From Heptranchias perlo (lineage: Eukaryota), in NCBI RefSeq assembly GCF_035084215.1, contig NC_090345.1, positions 41,850,001 to 41,914,000 on the forward strand: a stretch of DNA of 64,000 nucleotides, written 5' to 3'. Of the stretch, positions 39,170 through 50,234 are shown in pieces. Under the pieces are notes generated by a model that worked only from the letters and a program-made list of their open reading frames with translations, did not search any database and was not told where the DNA came from. The position numbers and the translations under genes were made by a program. Every line of letters starts with the position of its first letter. Within the stretch, counting starts at the first letter, position 1.

Positions 39170-39306
39170 TCGTTCACATCGTTCACCTGAGGAAGGAGGT
39201 AGCCTCCGAAAGCTTGTGAATTTAAAATAAAATTGCTGGACTATAACTTGGTGTTGTAAAATTGTTTACAATTGTCAACCCCAGTCCATCACCGGCATCT
39301 CCACAT
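39170..39306 (+). mobile_element. Short Penelope-like element (pLTR fragment), copy 1
   Basis: Perfect 12-bp TSD tatagcacaagc (39158-39169, 39307-39318); hammerhead motif; near-identical to copies 2 and 3. Confidence 0.8.
39182..39220 (+). ncRNA. Minimal type I hammerhead ribozyme motif
   Basis: uucac-CUGAGGA-a-ggagg(uag)ccucc-GAAA-gc-UU-gugaa: stem I uucac/gugaa, stem II ggagg/ccucc, palindromic AAGCUU stem III. Confidence 0.75.
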
Positions 39307-40216
39307 TATAGCACAAGCAACAGTGTTCAGAGGAAGATAATAAAAAATCTGATCCCAAACTAAATTAGTATTTTTATTTATTGGCTTATTGTATGAAAAA
39401 CAAAAATTTGCTACTCATATCTTTATATTATTTATAAATTTTGTGGGCATTGTAGTTCCACAGGAGCAGGGTGATAGTTGCACTTCCTATCATACATCTT
39501 TCTTTCCCACACTCTGAATTTTTCCACAGGACGTAGGACTATCTATCTGGTTGTTATGTGACTTATGTCGAAAATTGGCCAGCTCCTTTTCTGAATTTTA
39601 TAGTGTGACTATATCTGACTGTGGAGATATTCTTTCAGACTTGTACTGATGCAATCTGAAAGTTTTTCCACAGTGCACACACCCAGGCTGTGGGAATTAT
39701 AGGCAAAGGTAGTTGCAAGGAAATGCAGTTACATCGGTGCGGCTGTAGGCAGGGCTATATTAAGAATTCTTCGCACCCTGGGCACAAAGAACATTCGAGC
39801 CCCCACCACACAACCTCCCATCCATTAAAATACAAATATGCAATAAAATGCATGAAGAAATAAGTGCGTAGAATGTTTACACACTGCATTAATAACAAAG
39901 CAAATCATATCACAACATACAACGCTCAAATGAAACTGCTTAATTTTGTGAATAATGCTATTGCATTAGAGATTTAAAGCAATAAAATGAATATAGATGT
40001 CTTGGGATATTGTTAAACCCTTTACCATGATCGTTCTGGGGACGGTCAATGTCTTTTTAAGCACAGCTGCTGTCCAAGGTGCTGTTTTTATTTTCTCCAC
40101 TGCCATTATTTTGTGTTTCATCATTGTATTTCGCACTGAGATCTATTGATCAGCACTGGTAAAAGCTTGTGTGGGTATTGCTCATTAAGTGCATGATCCT
40201 CACCTTATTAATAGGC

Positions 40217-40412
40217 TGTAATCACCAAGCATTGTTCTGTGAATTATAAATGCGATTTCATTTCGAGGATTTCATTTCCACATCGTTCACCTGAGGAAGG
40301 AGGAAGCCTCCGAAAGCTTGTGAATTTAAAATAAAATTGCTGGGCTATAACTTGGTGTTGTAAAATTGTTTACAATTGTCAACCCCAGTCCATCACCGGC
40401 ATCTCCACATCA
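40217..40412 (+). mobile_element. Short Penelope-like element (pLTR fragment), copy 2
   Basis: Perfect 12-bp TSD ttattaataggc (40205-40216, 40413-40424). Confidence 0.8.
40286..40324 (+). ncRNA. Minimal type I hammerhead ribozyme motif
   Basis: Same as 39182-39220 except the stem II loop is aag. Confidence 0.75.
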
Positions 40413-40957
40413 TTATTAATAGGCATCTTCCACAGCTCCACTTTGGACAGAAATGCTGGGATTTCTTGTCCCAGGCCATTTACTCTGTTCAGTTCTGTGT
40501 CCTTGTTTATTTTCCACTCTCTGTGTCTCTCCCCTCTCTTCTGAATGTCTCCAATGTATCAGTGTGGCTCTTACATATTGTTCTTTTAATATGTACTTCG
40601 CATCTATCTCTTACCTTTTAGAGGTCTAGAGTATGCAGACATATACTAGGTTTTAGGTGGATAGGGAATGACTGTGAGAGGTGTTAAAACGTAGGCAGTT
40701 GAGACAGCAGGTAGGACTGGGGGGCAGGCAAGGAGAGACTGTCTACGAGGCCTCAAGATCAAGCTAGGATGGGAGAGACACCAGGTACGTCATGGTGAGC
40801 TGTTGAAGGAAGCATGGGTGGTGGTGGAATGTTGAGCCATTGAAGCGAGCATACATAGCAGGTGAACTTGCTGAAGGGGAACAAGTCGGTTCCAGCTACA
40901 GTGGGAAGTACAAGCAGCTGGTCAAGTCAAGCTGCCAAGTGAACTACAGGCTGGAAT

Positions 40958-41195
40958 TCCAACTTGCATTTATATAGTGCCTTTTAATGCAGTAAAACAT
41001 CCCAAGGTGCTTCACAGGAGTGTATCAAACAAAATTTGACACTGAGCCACATAAGGAGATATTAGGACAGGTGACCAAAAGCTTGGTCAAAGAGGTAGGT
41101 TTTAAGGAGCATCTTAAAAGGAGGGGAGAGAGGCAGAGAGGATTAGGGAGGGAATTCCAGGGCTTAGGGCCTAGGCAGCTGAAGGCATATCCGCC
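40958..41195 (-). mobile_element. L2 3' tail
   Basis: caacttgcatttatatagtgcc...aaatttgacactgagcc...ggaattccagggcttagggcctaggcagctgaaggc is the reverse complement of the L2 tails. Confidence 0.8.
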
Positions 41196-43084
41196 ACAGA
41201 CAGGGAGGCAAACAAGAGCAGATGGACCTGTTATGAGTCACCAAGGCTGGAGCTAATCAAGGGGAACCAAAACAACAACAGAAAAAAAAAGCAGGCACCA
41301 AAGCCCAAGTCCATAATTCAAGTTGCAGGCAAGCACTTCAAATGGAGCCCAAGACAGTCAGCACCTGTGTGAGAAAATGTTTTCTAGAGATTTACAACAC
41401 AGTACCTGGGTTTTATTTAGAATTGTTTAATTGGTTATAAGTTCCTTGTGTTGCAAATGTTACTTACATGAGTGAATTTTCAGTTAGTTGAAAAATCCAT
41501 AATGGTGAGTCAAACCAATTATTTGAACAATTTGACTGGTTTCTACTACTTACCAATTTAGAATTAGTAGAGTTGAAGAACAATTGAAAGATTTGATTAC
41601 TCGGTTTTCTGCTGCTTACTCGTTTCTCATCAACTGAATCATACCATTTTAAGTTCATTCTTATTTACTAAAAATCAGATATTTGATCAGTAACTTTACA
41701 GATAAATGCTTATTCAACCAACCAATCAATAATTTTTGTCCAATGGATCTGTGACATCATGAAGGGTGACATTCTTCAGGTGTGCCAGATCTGAGGCTAC
41801 ACTTCCAGATGTTTCATATGAAAGGCACAGTGTGATGGACCCACATTAGATGAAAGACTTATAGATAGAAAGGTAAAGAGAAACCTTCCATCAAGCACTT
41901 ATACAGATCTGAAGAGCATTAATATGAAGCAAGATACTCTGGGTAGCTGATGACATCCACAGCCTACTACATCAATAACTCAAGAACAGAGTCCTTGGAG
42001 ATGACTGTACTGTAGCATGTTCCTTGTGCAGCTGTGCCAATTAGTTAAATTAACAACAATTAAGCATATTTAAGAGGGTCTGCTCCAATCCAGTCCTGGA
42101 GCAACAGTGCAAGGAGTAGTGCAGGGGTTTAATTATGTAACTTTTTCTGGTCAATACCTTTACAAAAAAAAAATCAGATATTAAACAGGTACAATATGCA
42201 CAGGAGCCTGCAGTGTCATATGAATGCATTTAATGTACCTTTTTATATACCTAGTCAGATCTGAAAAATATACAAATTCTTCATCCTACAGGTCCAAATG
42301 CTTCACAACCTTGACACAAATTTAATTCAGCACTGTTCTAGCACAATTAACCAGCTTGTGTAACATTCCTAAATATATTGTTTTAACAATGTTGTTAACC
42401 AATTTACTTAAATGCTGAGACATGCAGTTAAAGTAGCAGGAATGAAAAATAGCAGCCAATCATAAGGTACCTGGCTAACCCAGGATAATGCCAGCAACCT
42501 GAAGGCTTTTTCCAGAAGTTCAGGGAAAGTTAAGAACTGCACACTGAGTCGGGGGCTCTAACTGAACCGCCAGTGCCTGATTGGGAACAACTTACATGCT
42601 AACCCAAGAAGACACTGATTGCATGAATGCCTTTCCAAGGAGATTTGGAGCAGTAAGAGTTACTTGAGCTTTTGGCTAATAGTAAATGTAGATCTTATTG
42701 AGTTACTTCTCATGCTAGCTTAACACCCAAGGAGAGGCTAGTTTCAAGATATGTGCCTTGAGTCAGAGAGGGCTGTAGACATTTGACTGGGAAATGTTTT
42801 CTTGATAACAAGATAAGCTTCAGTGAACCGAATGGACTTTTATTATTTTCAAAGGGTTTATTTTCTTACACATCCAGGGGATGCAGCTGAGGCCATAGTG
42901 GCCACACAGCACACTGTATAGCATCTGCCAGCAATGTCTCACATTGAAGTGGTGACTGCCCCTTATCCTTTCTTATTTTCTTTTCATCAACAATATGAGT
43001 GTACAATCTGATGATTTTCAACTTACCACAGGCTTCTAAGACACTCAAAATTGCACCCACTACATCTTTTTCCTGCTTTAAACT

Positions 43085-44070
43085 TTGCTTCTGTAATATT
43101 CAAGTGTCTTCTTTGATCCATGTTATAGCCATTTCCATCTGCAATCCTTATCTTTTGTTTGTTACTGAAACCCAAAGTTTCCCTTCCAATCTTCGTCTTA
43201 CACTTTCTACTCCAGTTTCTGATCCAAAGCGAGGTACATGTACTTGTTTTTATTCTGACGAGGCTGCTGCTAATCTTACTCTATTGAATCACCTGGTTTC
43301 AATCTTCTGTGGCAATCTCTCTCTCCTTCTCTCTAATTGATCTTCTAAACTTGATAACTCTCTACAACTTTTCAGCTTTTTGTGAAGCAAACTCAAATCT
43401 ATGAATTCTGACATGCAGTCTGCTGAAATCACTGTTCTCAGTAACTTCGTCATTCAACAAGGGTTCACTTTGCTTCTTTTACTGATGAGGTCAGCACTAA
43501 TCTTGAGTCCTTTGCTAACTTGCATGACCTTGAATAACTCATCAATCAATCTGCCTATTCCCCTGATTGTCCCAGTAATTCAACTAAACTCCAAGACCCT
43601 TATATCACCTCCATTCCTAACTTTTACACTGTATCTGTCTCTTATCACTAGACTTTTCTGACCACCATCAAATTACATTCTGTAAACCAATCTCATCTTG
43701 GTTGGCACTATTAGTTAGCCAGCTACGGTCTTTGAGAATTCTTTGCTGCCTTCTTGTAATCCAATTATAGCTTTCACTCTTCTGACCCTTCTATCTGTGC
43801 CAATGAAACAATTAACGTTGTTTTAAACGGCATGGAAGATTTCATACCTCAACTTTCTCTTGCCATCAGAGTACTATGGTACTACATCTTGGTTCAATCA
43901 TGCCTGTTGTTCTACTGTCTCATAATTATTCTGCCTATTGTGCCTTGATCACTCTAAAGCATCCCAGGCCAACATTGCCTCTCCTCATGACTTCTGTAAA
44001 TCCATAGTTAGTGTTACTAAATAAAATCTTATTAAAATTGCATTAACTGTTGTCTTTTTGCCCTCCAACT
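43085..44070 (+). mobile_element. Ancient LINE ORF2 5' part (APE endonuclease and tether), CR1-group, distinct from the local CR1/L2
   Basis: Manual translation across frames: FCNIQ, PYLLFVTETQ, IESPGFNLLW, AEITVLSNF, FANLHDLE*LI, SDHHQI, SDPSICA...NGMEDFIP, SWFNHAC. Confidence 0.6.
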
Positions 44071-44089
44071 GCTGTTCCTTCTGAGACCA

Positions 44090-44790
44090 ATGCCTGACAC
44101 TCAACTGCTCCTTCTCTTCAGGCATTTCCCCCCTCCTTTTGTAATCACCCCACTCCTTATAACATCAACCCTTAACCCATATATACTCTTTGACTACTCC
44201 CTCATCTCCAACCTCCCCATCCTGTCTAAAGTTCTAGAACATGTCATTGCCACCCAACTCTGTGGCCACATCTCCCTGTTCAAAGCTCTTCAGTTTCGTT
44301 TCCATCCTGACCACAGCACTGAGACTGCCCTGGTCAAAGTCACAAATGACATTCTGTGTGACTATGAAAAAGGTGCTTTATGCCTCCTTATGGCAGTTAA
44401 TATGATCAGGTACACTCCTCTCCCAGTGCCCTCATATTGTTCCATTTCCATGTGTCCCACCAGAGCCAGCTGAACTCCGACAAAGCTTCCTACTCCTGTG
44501 CCTGGATAGTCACCTATGTGTTCCCTAAGGTTCTAACCTTATCTCCCTTCTATTCCTCAACTATATGATATCCTAGCAGCATTATCCATAAGCATGTGGT
44601 CAGCTTTCATATGTATGTGAACAATATCCCACTTTATCTCTCCATCTCCACCCTAGTACATTGGTGCCATACTATCCATTTGCCTGCCTCACATCAAGCT
44701 GTGGATGAACCAGAACTCTCTGCAACTCAACATTTGCAAGAAGAAAGCCATCCTGTTCAAACCCAACCAGAAACTGCAACTTAGACCCCG
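44090..44790 (+). mobile_element. Old L2 RT fragment
   Basis: ISNLPILSKVLEHVI, QFRFHPDHSTETALVKVTNDIL, SFHMYVNNIPLY. Confidence 0.8.
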
Positions 44791-44944
44791 ATTCTAGGGC
44801 AATTTACAAGTCTAATAAAAGACAGGAAAGTGAAATTTTATTCCAAAATGCCCCCACACACCCTATGAGGATAATCACAATCCTGTACCTAGTATGATAC
44901 AACTCAACATGTTTGTTAATGTAAGAGTTTACAAATCACAAGAG

Positions 44945-45185
44945 AGATACAGATGAAGAAGGTCATTTGACCCATCTTAATGTGTTGGTCCTAAAAAAGC
45001 CTACAATCTCCCCATCACAGTGTTCAATTATATTTCTTAAATGATTCCAAGGCTTTTTGCCTCCATTATCCTACCTGGACATTTATTCCATGTGTTGATC
45101 ATTCTTAGTGTGAAGAAGAACTTCCTGACCTCAATTCCAAATTTGCCTTTTGCTACTTTGTGCCCCCTTATCGCAGTTTCATTTG
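44945..45185 (-). mobile_element. Old CR1 3' tail
   Basis: gtgttgatcattcttagtgtgaagaagaacttcctgac is the antisense of VRKFFFTLRMINTW. Confidence 0.65.
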
Positions 45186-46239
45186 AAATCACGATCCAGA
45201 CCAGGGAATGCCTATTCCTCCAGCTGAAAGGTCAGAGAGGACAGAGAATCATTACAATGGAGTTTCTGCTCCCTTTAAGATCCTCCCGGAGGGCAGAGCT
45301 GGGCGTGACTCTGGAATAGGAACACACTCAGCATTGATGAGGTAATTATGTGGCTGTGGACGTTTCCAACCTCCTGCCTCCGCTTCTTGAAGTGACATTC
45401 ATGAAGTAACATCTCAGACACAGAGGTGGGGGCTTGCATTGGGATCCTCCTCAGATCGGAGGCTCTGAGAAGGCCCAGCTGCGAGCCAAAGACCAAGCCC
45501 GAAGGTGAGTGGGTTGTCTTCTTTATTTTCTGGTTGATTCTCAATCTATTCACCAAAAGCAGCCAGAAGGTTTTTTGCCCCAGGTCTGTGCCATGGATGA
45601 AATCAAGCCATGTTAATGGGCTGTCTCACCAAATTACTTGCAGCTCGGCCTGGACAAGCACTGTGCCTGTCCAGCGTTGGGCAGAAGAGGGCCAGGAAAA
45701 TTGGCCCTATCTTTTTATCAACTCCCAGTACAGTCCCATGCTGATACCTAGAAGGAACTTGCATTTATATATCTCAGTGGAGGTCATCTTCCAAGTCTGA
45801 CCTCATATCTGAGTCCTCTAATGCGAGACTTCATTCTCATGGCTCTTCTGCACCACCTCTGGGGCTTGAATATTCTCCTTGTGTCTTGTTGACCAGAAAT
45901 AGATACAATACTCAAGGTGATAAGTAAGTCACACAGTCTTTTTTTCATCCAAAGAATATTGGAATTGTAGAATAAGTCACAAGGAGGACCATTGACGCAC
46001 ACAGTCTGAATGGGTTCAAGAGAACAAATGTCCGATCTGCCCTCCTATCAAGTGTCTACCGATAATCAGGCGGCAGGTAGGTGAGGTGATCTTTGAAAAA
46101 AGGATGGGTTTATAGAGACTAAGTGCTCTTTTTTTTATTTCCATAAGGTAGATTTTCCCAGAGAGATCAATTACTACTTGATTTCCTGCTTGGTTCAGGC
46201 ACATGTTATCAACTCCCAGTACAGCATATACATTTATAT

Positions 46240-46546
46240 AGCACAGCAAGGTCCCACAAACAATAATGACCAGATAACCTGTTCTTTGAGGGATAATTAT
46301 TGGCCAGGACACTGGGGAGAACTCCCCTACTCTTCTTCAAATAGTGCCATGAGATCTTTTACTTTCACCTGAGAAGGCAGGCCTCAGTTAATCATCTCAT
46401 CTGAAAGACAGCACCTCGGACAGTGCAGCATTCCCTCAGTACTGCAGTATCAGCCTAGATTTTTGTGCTCATGTCTCTGGAGTGGGTCTAGAACCTACAA
46501 CCTTCTGACTCAGAGACAAGAGTGCTACCACTGAGCCACAGCTGAC
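46240..46546 (-). mobile_element. tRNA-headed DeuSINE (SacSINE1-like)
   Basis: Minus strand begins gtcagctgtggctcagtgg (A box) ...ggttctagacc (B box); Deu-like core cagtactgagggaatgctgcactgtc...atggcactatttgaagaagag. Confidence 0.7.
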
Positions 46547-47772
46547 ACTAATGTCATTTAACATATAAAACTTAGAAAATGACAAATGAAAGATTCAGTT
46601 TTGCAATTCACCAGGACAAATCCATGTGTGGTGTACATTTTATTTGAGGAACATTCCTGATAGCTCTGTAATGATCTCATACCTTGGTACCAGTGAAATG
46701 AAAAGAGTAATTTGCTTGGTGTTTATTGAGACATTGATTACTGAAATAAAGGTTTTAGGAACAATGATCTCAGATTCTTGCAATTGAAGATGACCACTTG
46801 ATTAAGGACTGCAAACATGTGCTTCCTCCCAAGGTATTGTTAGCAATTTGGGTCTGCCACAGATAGCATCTTGGGTTCAGTAGTTTCTACCTCCCCCTTA
46901 AGCAATCTGAACATCTTTTATGGGAATTGACTCACGTTACCCTGTATCAACTTTTATGATAACATAACTCAAGGATATAAAAAGAGCCTCCCCTTGTAAT
47001 CAGGACCAAATAATCGTTCTTTCGCACATATATGTCCAACCTCTCTGAAAGCAACCAAATAAACACTGTATCCATGTCAGTCATTCTGTTTTATTTTCTG
47101 GTTATTCACACTATGAAAAAGATTAAAAAATCTTCCAACACAATAGGTATTTGACATTTAATGATTTCTGAGACAAGCAAACAAATAACAGTACATGAGG
47201 AAACAGCATCAAAGCTAGCTCATTAGCATCTAAACTACCTCCCTTCTCAGATCACCTTTCGTTTACTTACAGGGATACACTGAGCTTTAACAAACAACAT
47301 TTAAAGTAACTCTTTCATTTTCAAATCCTTTCTGTGGAAAAATGGACAAAAGATGCTGAACCGTGTCAGGTGTATTTCTGAAGCCTATCTTAAAGGTAAA
47401 TGCCTTCATACAGACATCTTGAACAATGTCATTACTCAGGCCTCACTCAAAATCTGTTGATAGGAATTGGACACATTCCCTGCAGAATATCTATATTGTA
47501 TATATGATCGTGTGAAGACAGGACTGATTCTGATTTAGTATGTAGTGTGTCAGCAACAATACTGATTGATGCTTGGCACTATTATTTAGTCAGTTACTGT
47601 TCTATTACATACCACCATTGTTGCTAACAAACTATACTTCTGACAGGACTCATTGCTTGAGGGTGAGGACTGCATGCATTTAAGTTGTTGCACTGTTTTA
47701 TTCATCAGTACTGATTTGTAACCCAATTTTGCAGTATTACTGCTGTTTATGTTCAGCCACTTACTGATACTA

Positions 47773-48001
47773 TGATGTGGAGATGCCGGTGATGGACTGG
47801 GGTTGACAATTGTAAACAATTTTACAACACCAAGTTATAGTCCAGCAATTTTATTTTAAATTCACAAGCTTTCGGAGGCTACCTCCTTCCTCCTTCCTCA
47901 TTTCCACATCGTTCACCTGAGGAAGGAGGTAGCCTCCGAAAGCTTGTGAATTTAAAATAAAATTGCTGGACTATAACTTGGTGTTGTAAAATTGTTTACA
48001 A
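47773..48001. mobile_element. Short Penelope-like element, copy 3: head-to-head inverted pLTR pair
   Basis: Minus-strand arm 47773-47892 and plus-strand arm about 47900-48003; TSD ttactgatacta / ttactgatgcta (47761-47772, 48002-48013, 11/12 match). Confidence 0.8.
47912..47950 (+). ncRNA. Minimal type I hammerhead ribozyme motif
   Basis: Identical to 39182-39220; the minus-arm copy (47861-47892) is truncated inside the CUGA core. Confidence 0.75.
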
Positions 48002-48834
48002 TTACTGATGCTAGGCTTTGCAGCCCATTAAATTCTTGACTATCAGTGGCTGGCACTCCAATGTTGCACTCAGGATTAGAACACAAACCTGCTGATTTTC
48101 TTTTAGAGTGTGGGGGAATAACAATCTATTCCAATAATTAGTTGCTGTGATTGTCTGAACAGCACGAACAGCTTTTTATGCTGTGCAAAATACCCAAATC
48201 AATGGCCATTGCTCATTTCCTCATTGAATTTGCGGGAATTTCTTTCTAAAAAACAGAGGTGGCCTGAACTTTACTCAACAGAAGAAATATAATGAAGCTG
48301 ACATAATTGGTGAAGACCATTTTGATGAAGGCACTATAATGAACTAGTGGATATGGTATCACAGTGCTGGCCAGGCAGCATTATTTTGAGGCTCTTTTTG
48401 TTATTTTATTTCCTCCTGTTTCACCCATATCAACGTTTTATTTGCTGGCGTATCCTCATGGCCAACATCTATTCTGCTCTGTGGTCAATCCATAAGAAAA
48501 CACATTGCAGCAGGACATCAAAGATCCCTTTACTTGGTTTCCCTTTCCCGACTGACCCAGCCAAGAATAACTAAACTCTTGACTCTTGAGAATTCTGAAT
48601 GTGAATGTCAGTTAAGACATAGATTCAAATTCAAGGCTCCCGTTGAAATTCCAGTGTTCTTGCATCGCAGTGTTACAGCAACCAGCGTGATTATGTAGTA
48701 TTCTGTTGTTTACCAAATTTCCATTGACTTCCAAATAGGAAACACTGATTTCAGTAATTCAAACACGACTAAATTAATACAGCCTAGCAATTAAACGCAC
48801 ACCATTTATGGGTTACAAAAAATTATCAGGAAAT

Positions 48835-49733
48835 AAGAACATAAGAACATAAGAAATAGGAGCAGGAGTAGGCCAAACAGCTGCTCGAGCCTGCTCCGCC
48901 ATTCAATCAGATCATGGCTGATCTTCAACCTCAACTCCACTTTCCCACCCAATCCCCATATCCCTTGATTCCCCTAGAGTCCAAAAAACTATCCATCTCA
49001 GCTTTGAATATGTTCAATGACTCAGCATCCACAGCCCTCTGGGATAGAGAATTCCAAAGATTCACAACCCTCTGAGTGAAGAAATTCCTCCTCATCTCAG
49101 TCTTGAATGGCCGACCTCCTATCCTGTGACTATGCCCCTTAGTTCCAGACTCTCTAGCCAGGGGAAACAATCTCTCAGCATCTACCCTCATAATCTTACA
49201 TGTTTCAATGAGATCACCTCTCATTCTTTTAAACTCCAGAGTATGTAGGCCCATTCTACTCAACCTCTCTTCATAGGACAACCTTCTCATTCCAGGAATT
49301 AATCTAGTGAACCTTCGTTGCACTGCCTCTAAGGCAAGTATATCCTTCCTTAGATAAGGAGACCAAAACTGTACGCAGTACTTCAGGTGAGGTCTCACTA
49401 AAGCCCTGTACAACTGTAGTAAGACTTCCTTACTCTTGTACTCCAACCCCTTGCAATAAAGGCCAACATGTCATTTGCTTTCCTATTTGCCTGCTGTACC
49501 TGCATACTAACTTTTTGTGTTTCTTGTATGAGGCCCAAGTCTCTCTGAACACCAACATTTAATAGCTCCTCACCATTTAAAAAATATTCTGTTTTTCTAT
49601 TCTTCCTACCAAAGTTAATAACCTCACATTTCCCCACATTATACTCCACCTGCCATCTTCCTGCCCACTCACTTAATCTGTCTTTATCCCTTTGCGGACT
49701 CTTTATGTCCTCCTCACAGCTTACTTTCCCTGT
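48835..49733 (-). mobile_element. CR1 3' fragment
   Basis: Tail aagaacataagaacataag; ORF 48931..49446 LYRALVRPHLKYCVQFWSP... Confidence 0.92.
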
Positions 49734-49994
49734 GGAGTAGAGCACAGTTTCTGCCAGTTCAAAGCACGCTGCTAAATTGCTATATGGAGGAAATAGCTTG
49801 TGGGCACTGCAGCACTAATGGTGTGCTTAAGGCTAGTCAAACTCATTATTGATGGCATAGCAGTTCAATAGAGTGTGCGCTAAGGTTCATACCACAGGCA
49901 CAGTGCATTGCTAGCCATCATATGAAACTGGTGTTTGTTTTTCTGTACTGACAGGTTAACTGCTACACAGTCCAGCTGAAACCTACACTACTGT

Positions 49995-50220
49995 GCCTCC
50001 TGCAATGATTGGGATCACTGCTCCACCGGTATTGCAATTGGCTGAGGAGGACCAGTAAGAGCAGGAGAGAGCTGACTGTGGTGTAAGGTCTCACGCAAGG
50101 CCAGTATGCAACACATTGGGTCCACCCAGCCGGGTACAGTTTTAAGGAGATGACAGAGGAGCCGTGCCCTGAGAGGCTGAGGTTAAGCAGGAAGGCTGTG
50201 ACAGGGCTGTGTATATCACA
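49995..50220 (+). pseudogene. Harbinger transposase N-terminal remnant
   Basis: YSFKEMTEEPCPERLRLSRKAVTGLC resembles LSFELISEELCVRSLRFSKEAISHHC of the 58776-59144 transposase. Confidence 0.55.
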
Positions 50221-50234
50221 GTATATACTCTCCA

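Noticed and set aside
39170-40412. Single LTR element with two LTRs around a 0.9-kb interior
   Set aside because: Each repeat has its own distinct 12-bp TSD, so they are independent insertions
41464-41670. Minus-strand exon candidate with a gtaagta donor
   Set aside because: Peptide is not recognisable and no compatible neighbouring exons were found
46470-46546. tRNA gene
   Set aside because: A and B boxes are present but continue into a SINE body; no convincing cloverleaf
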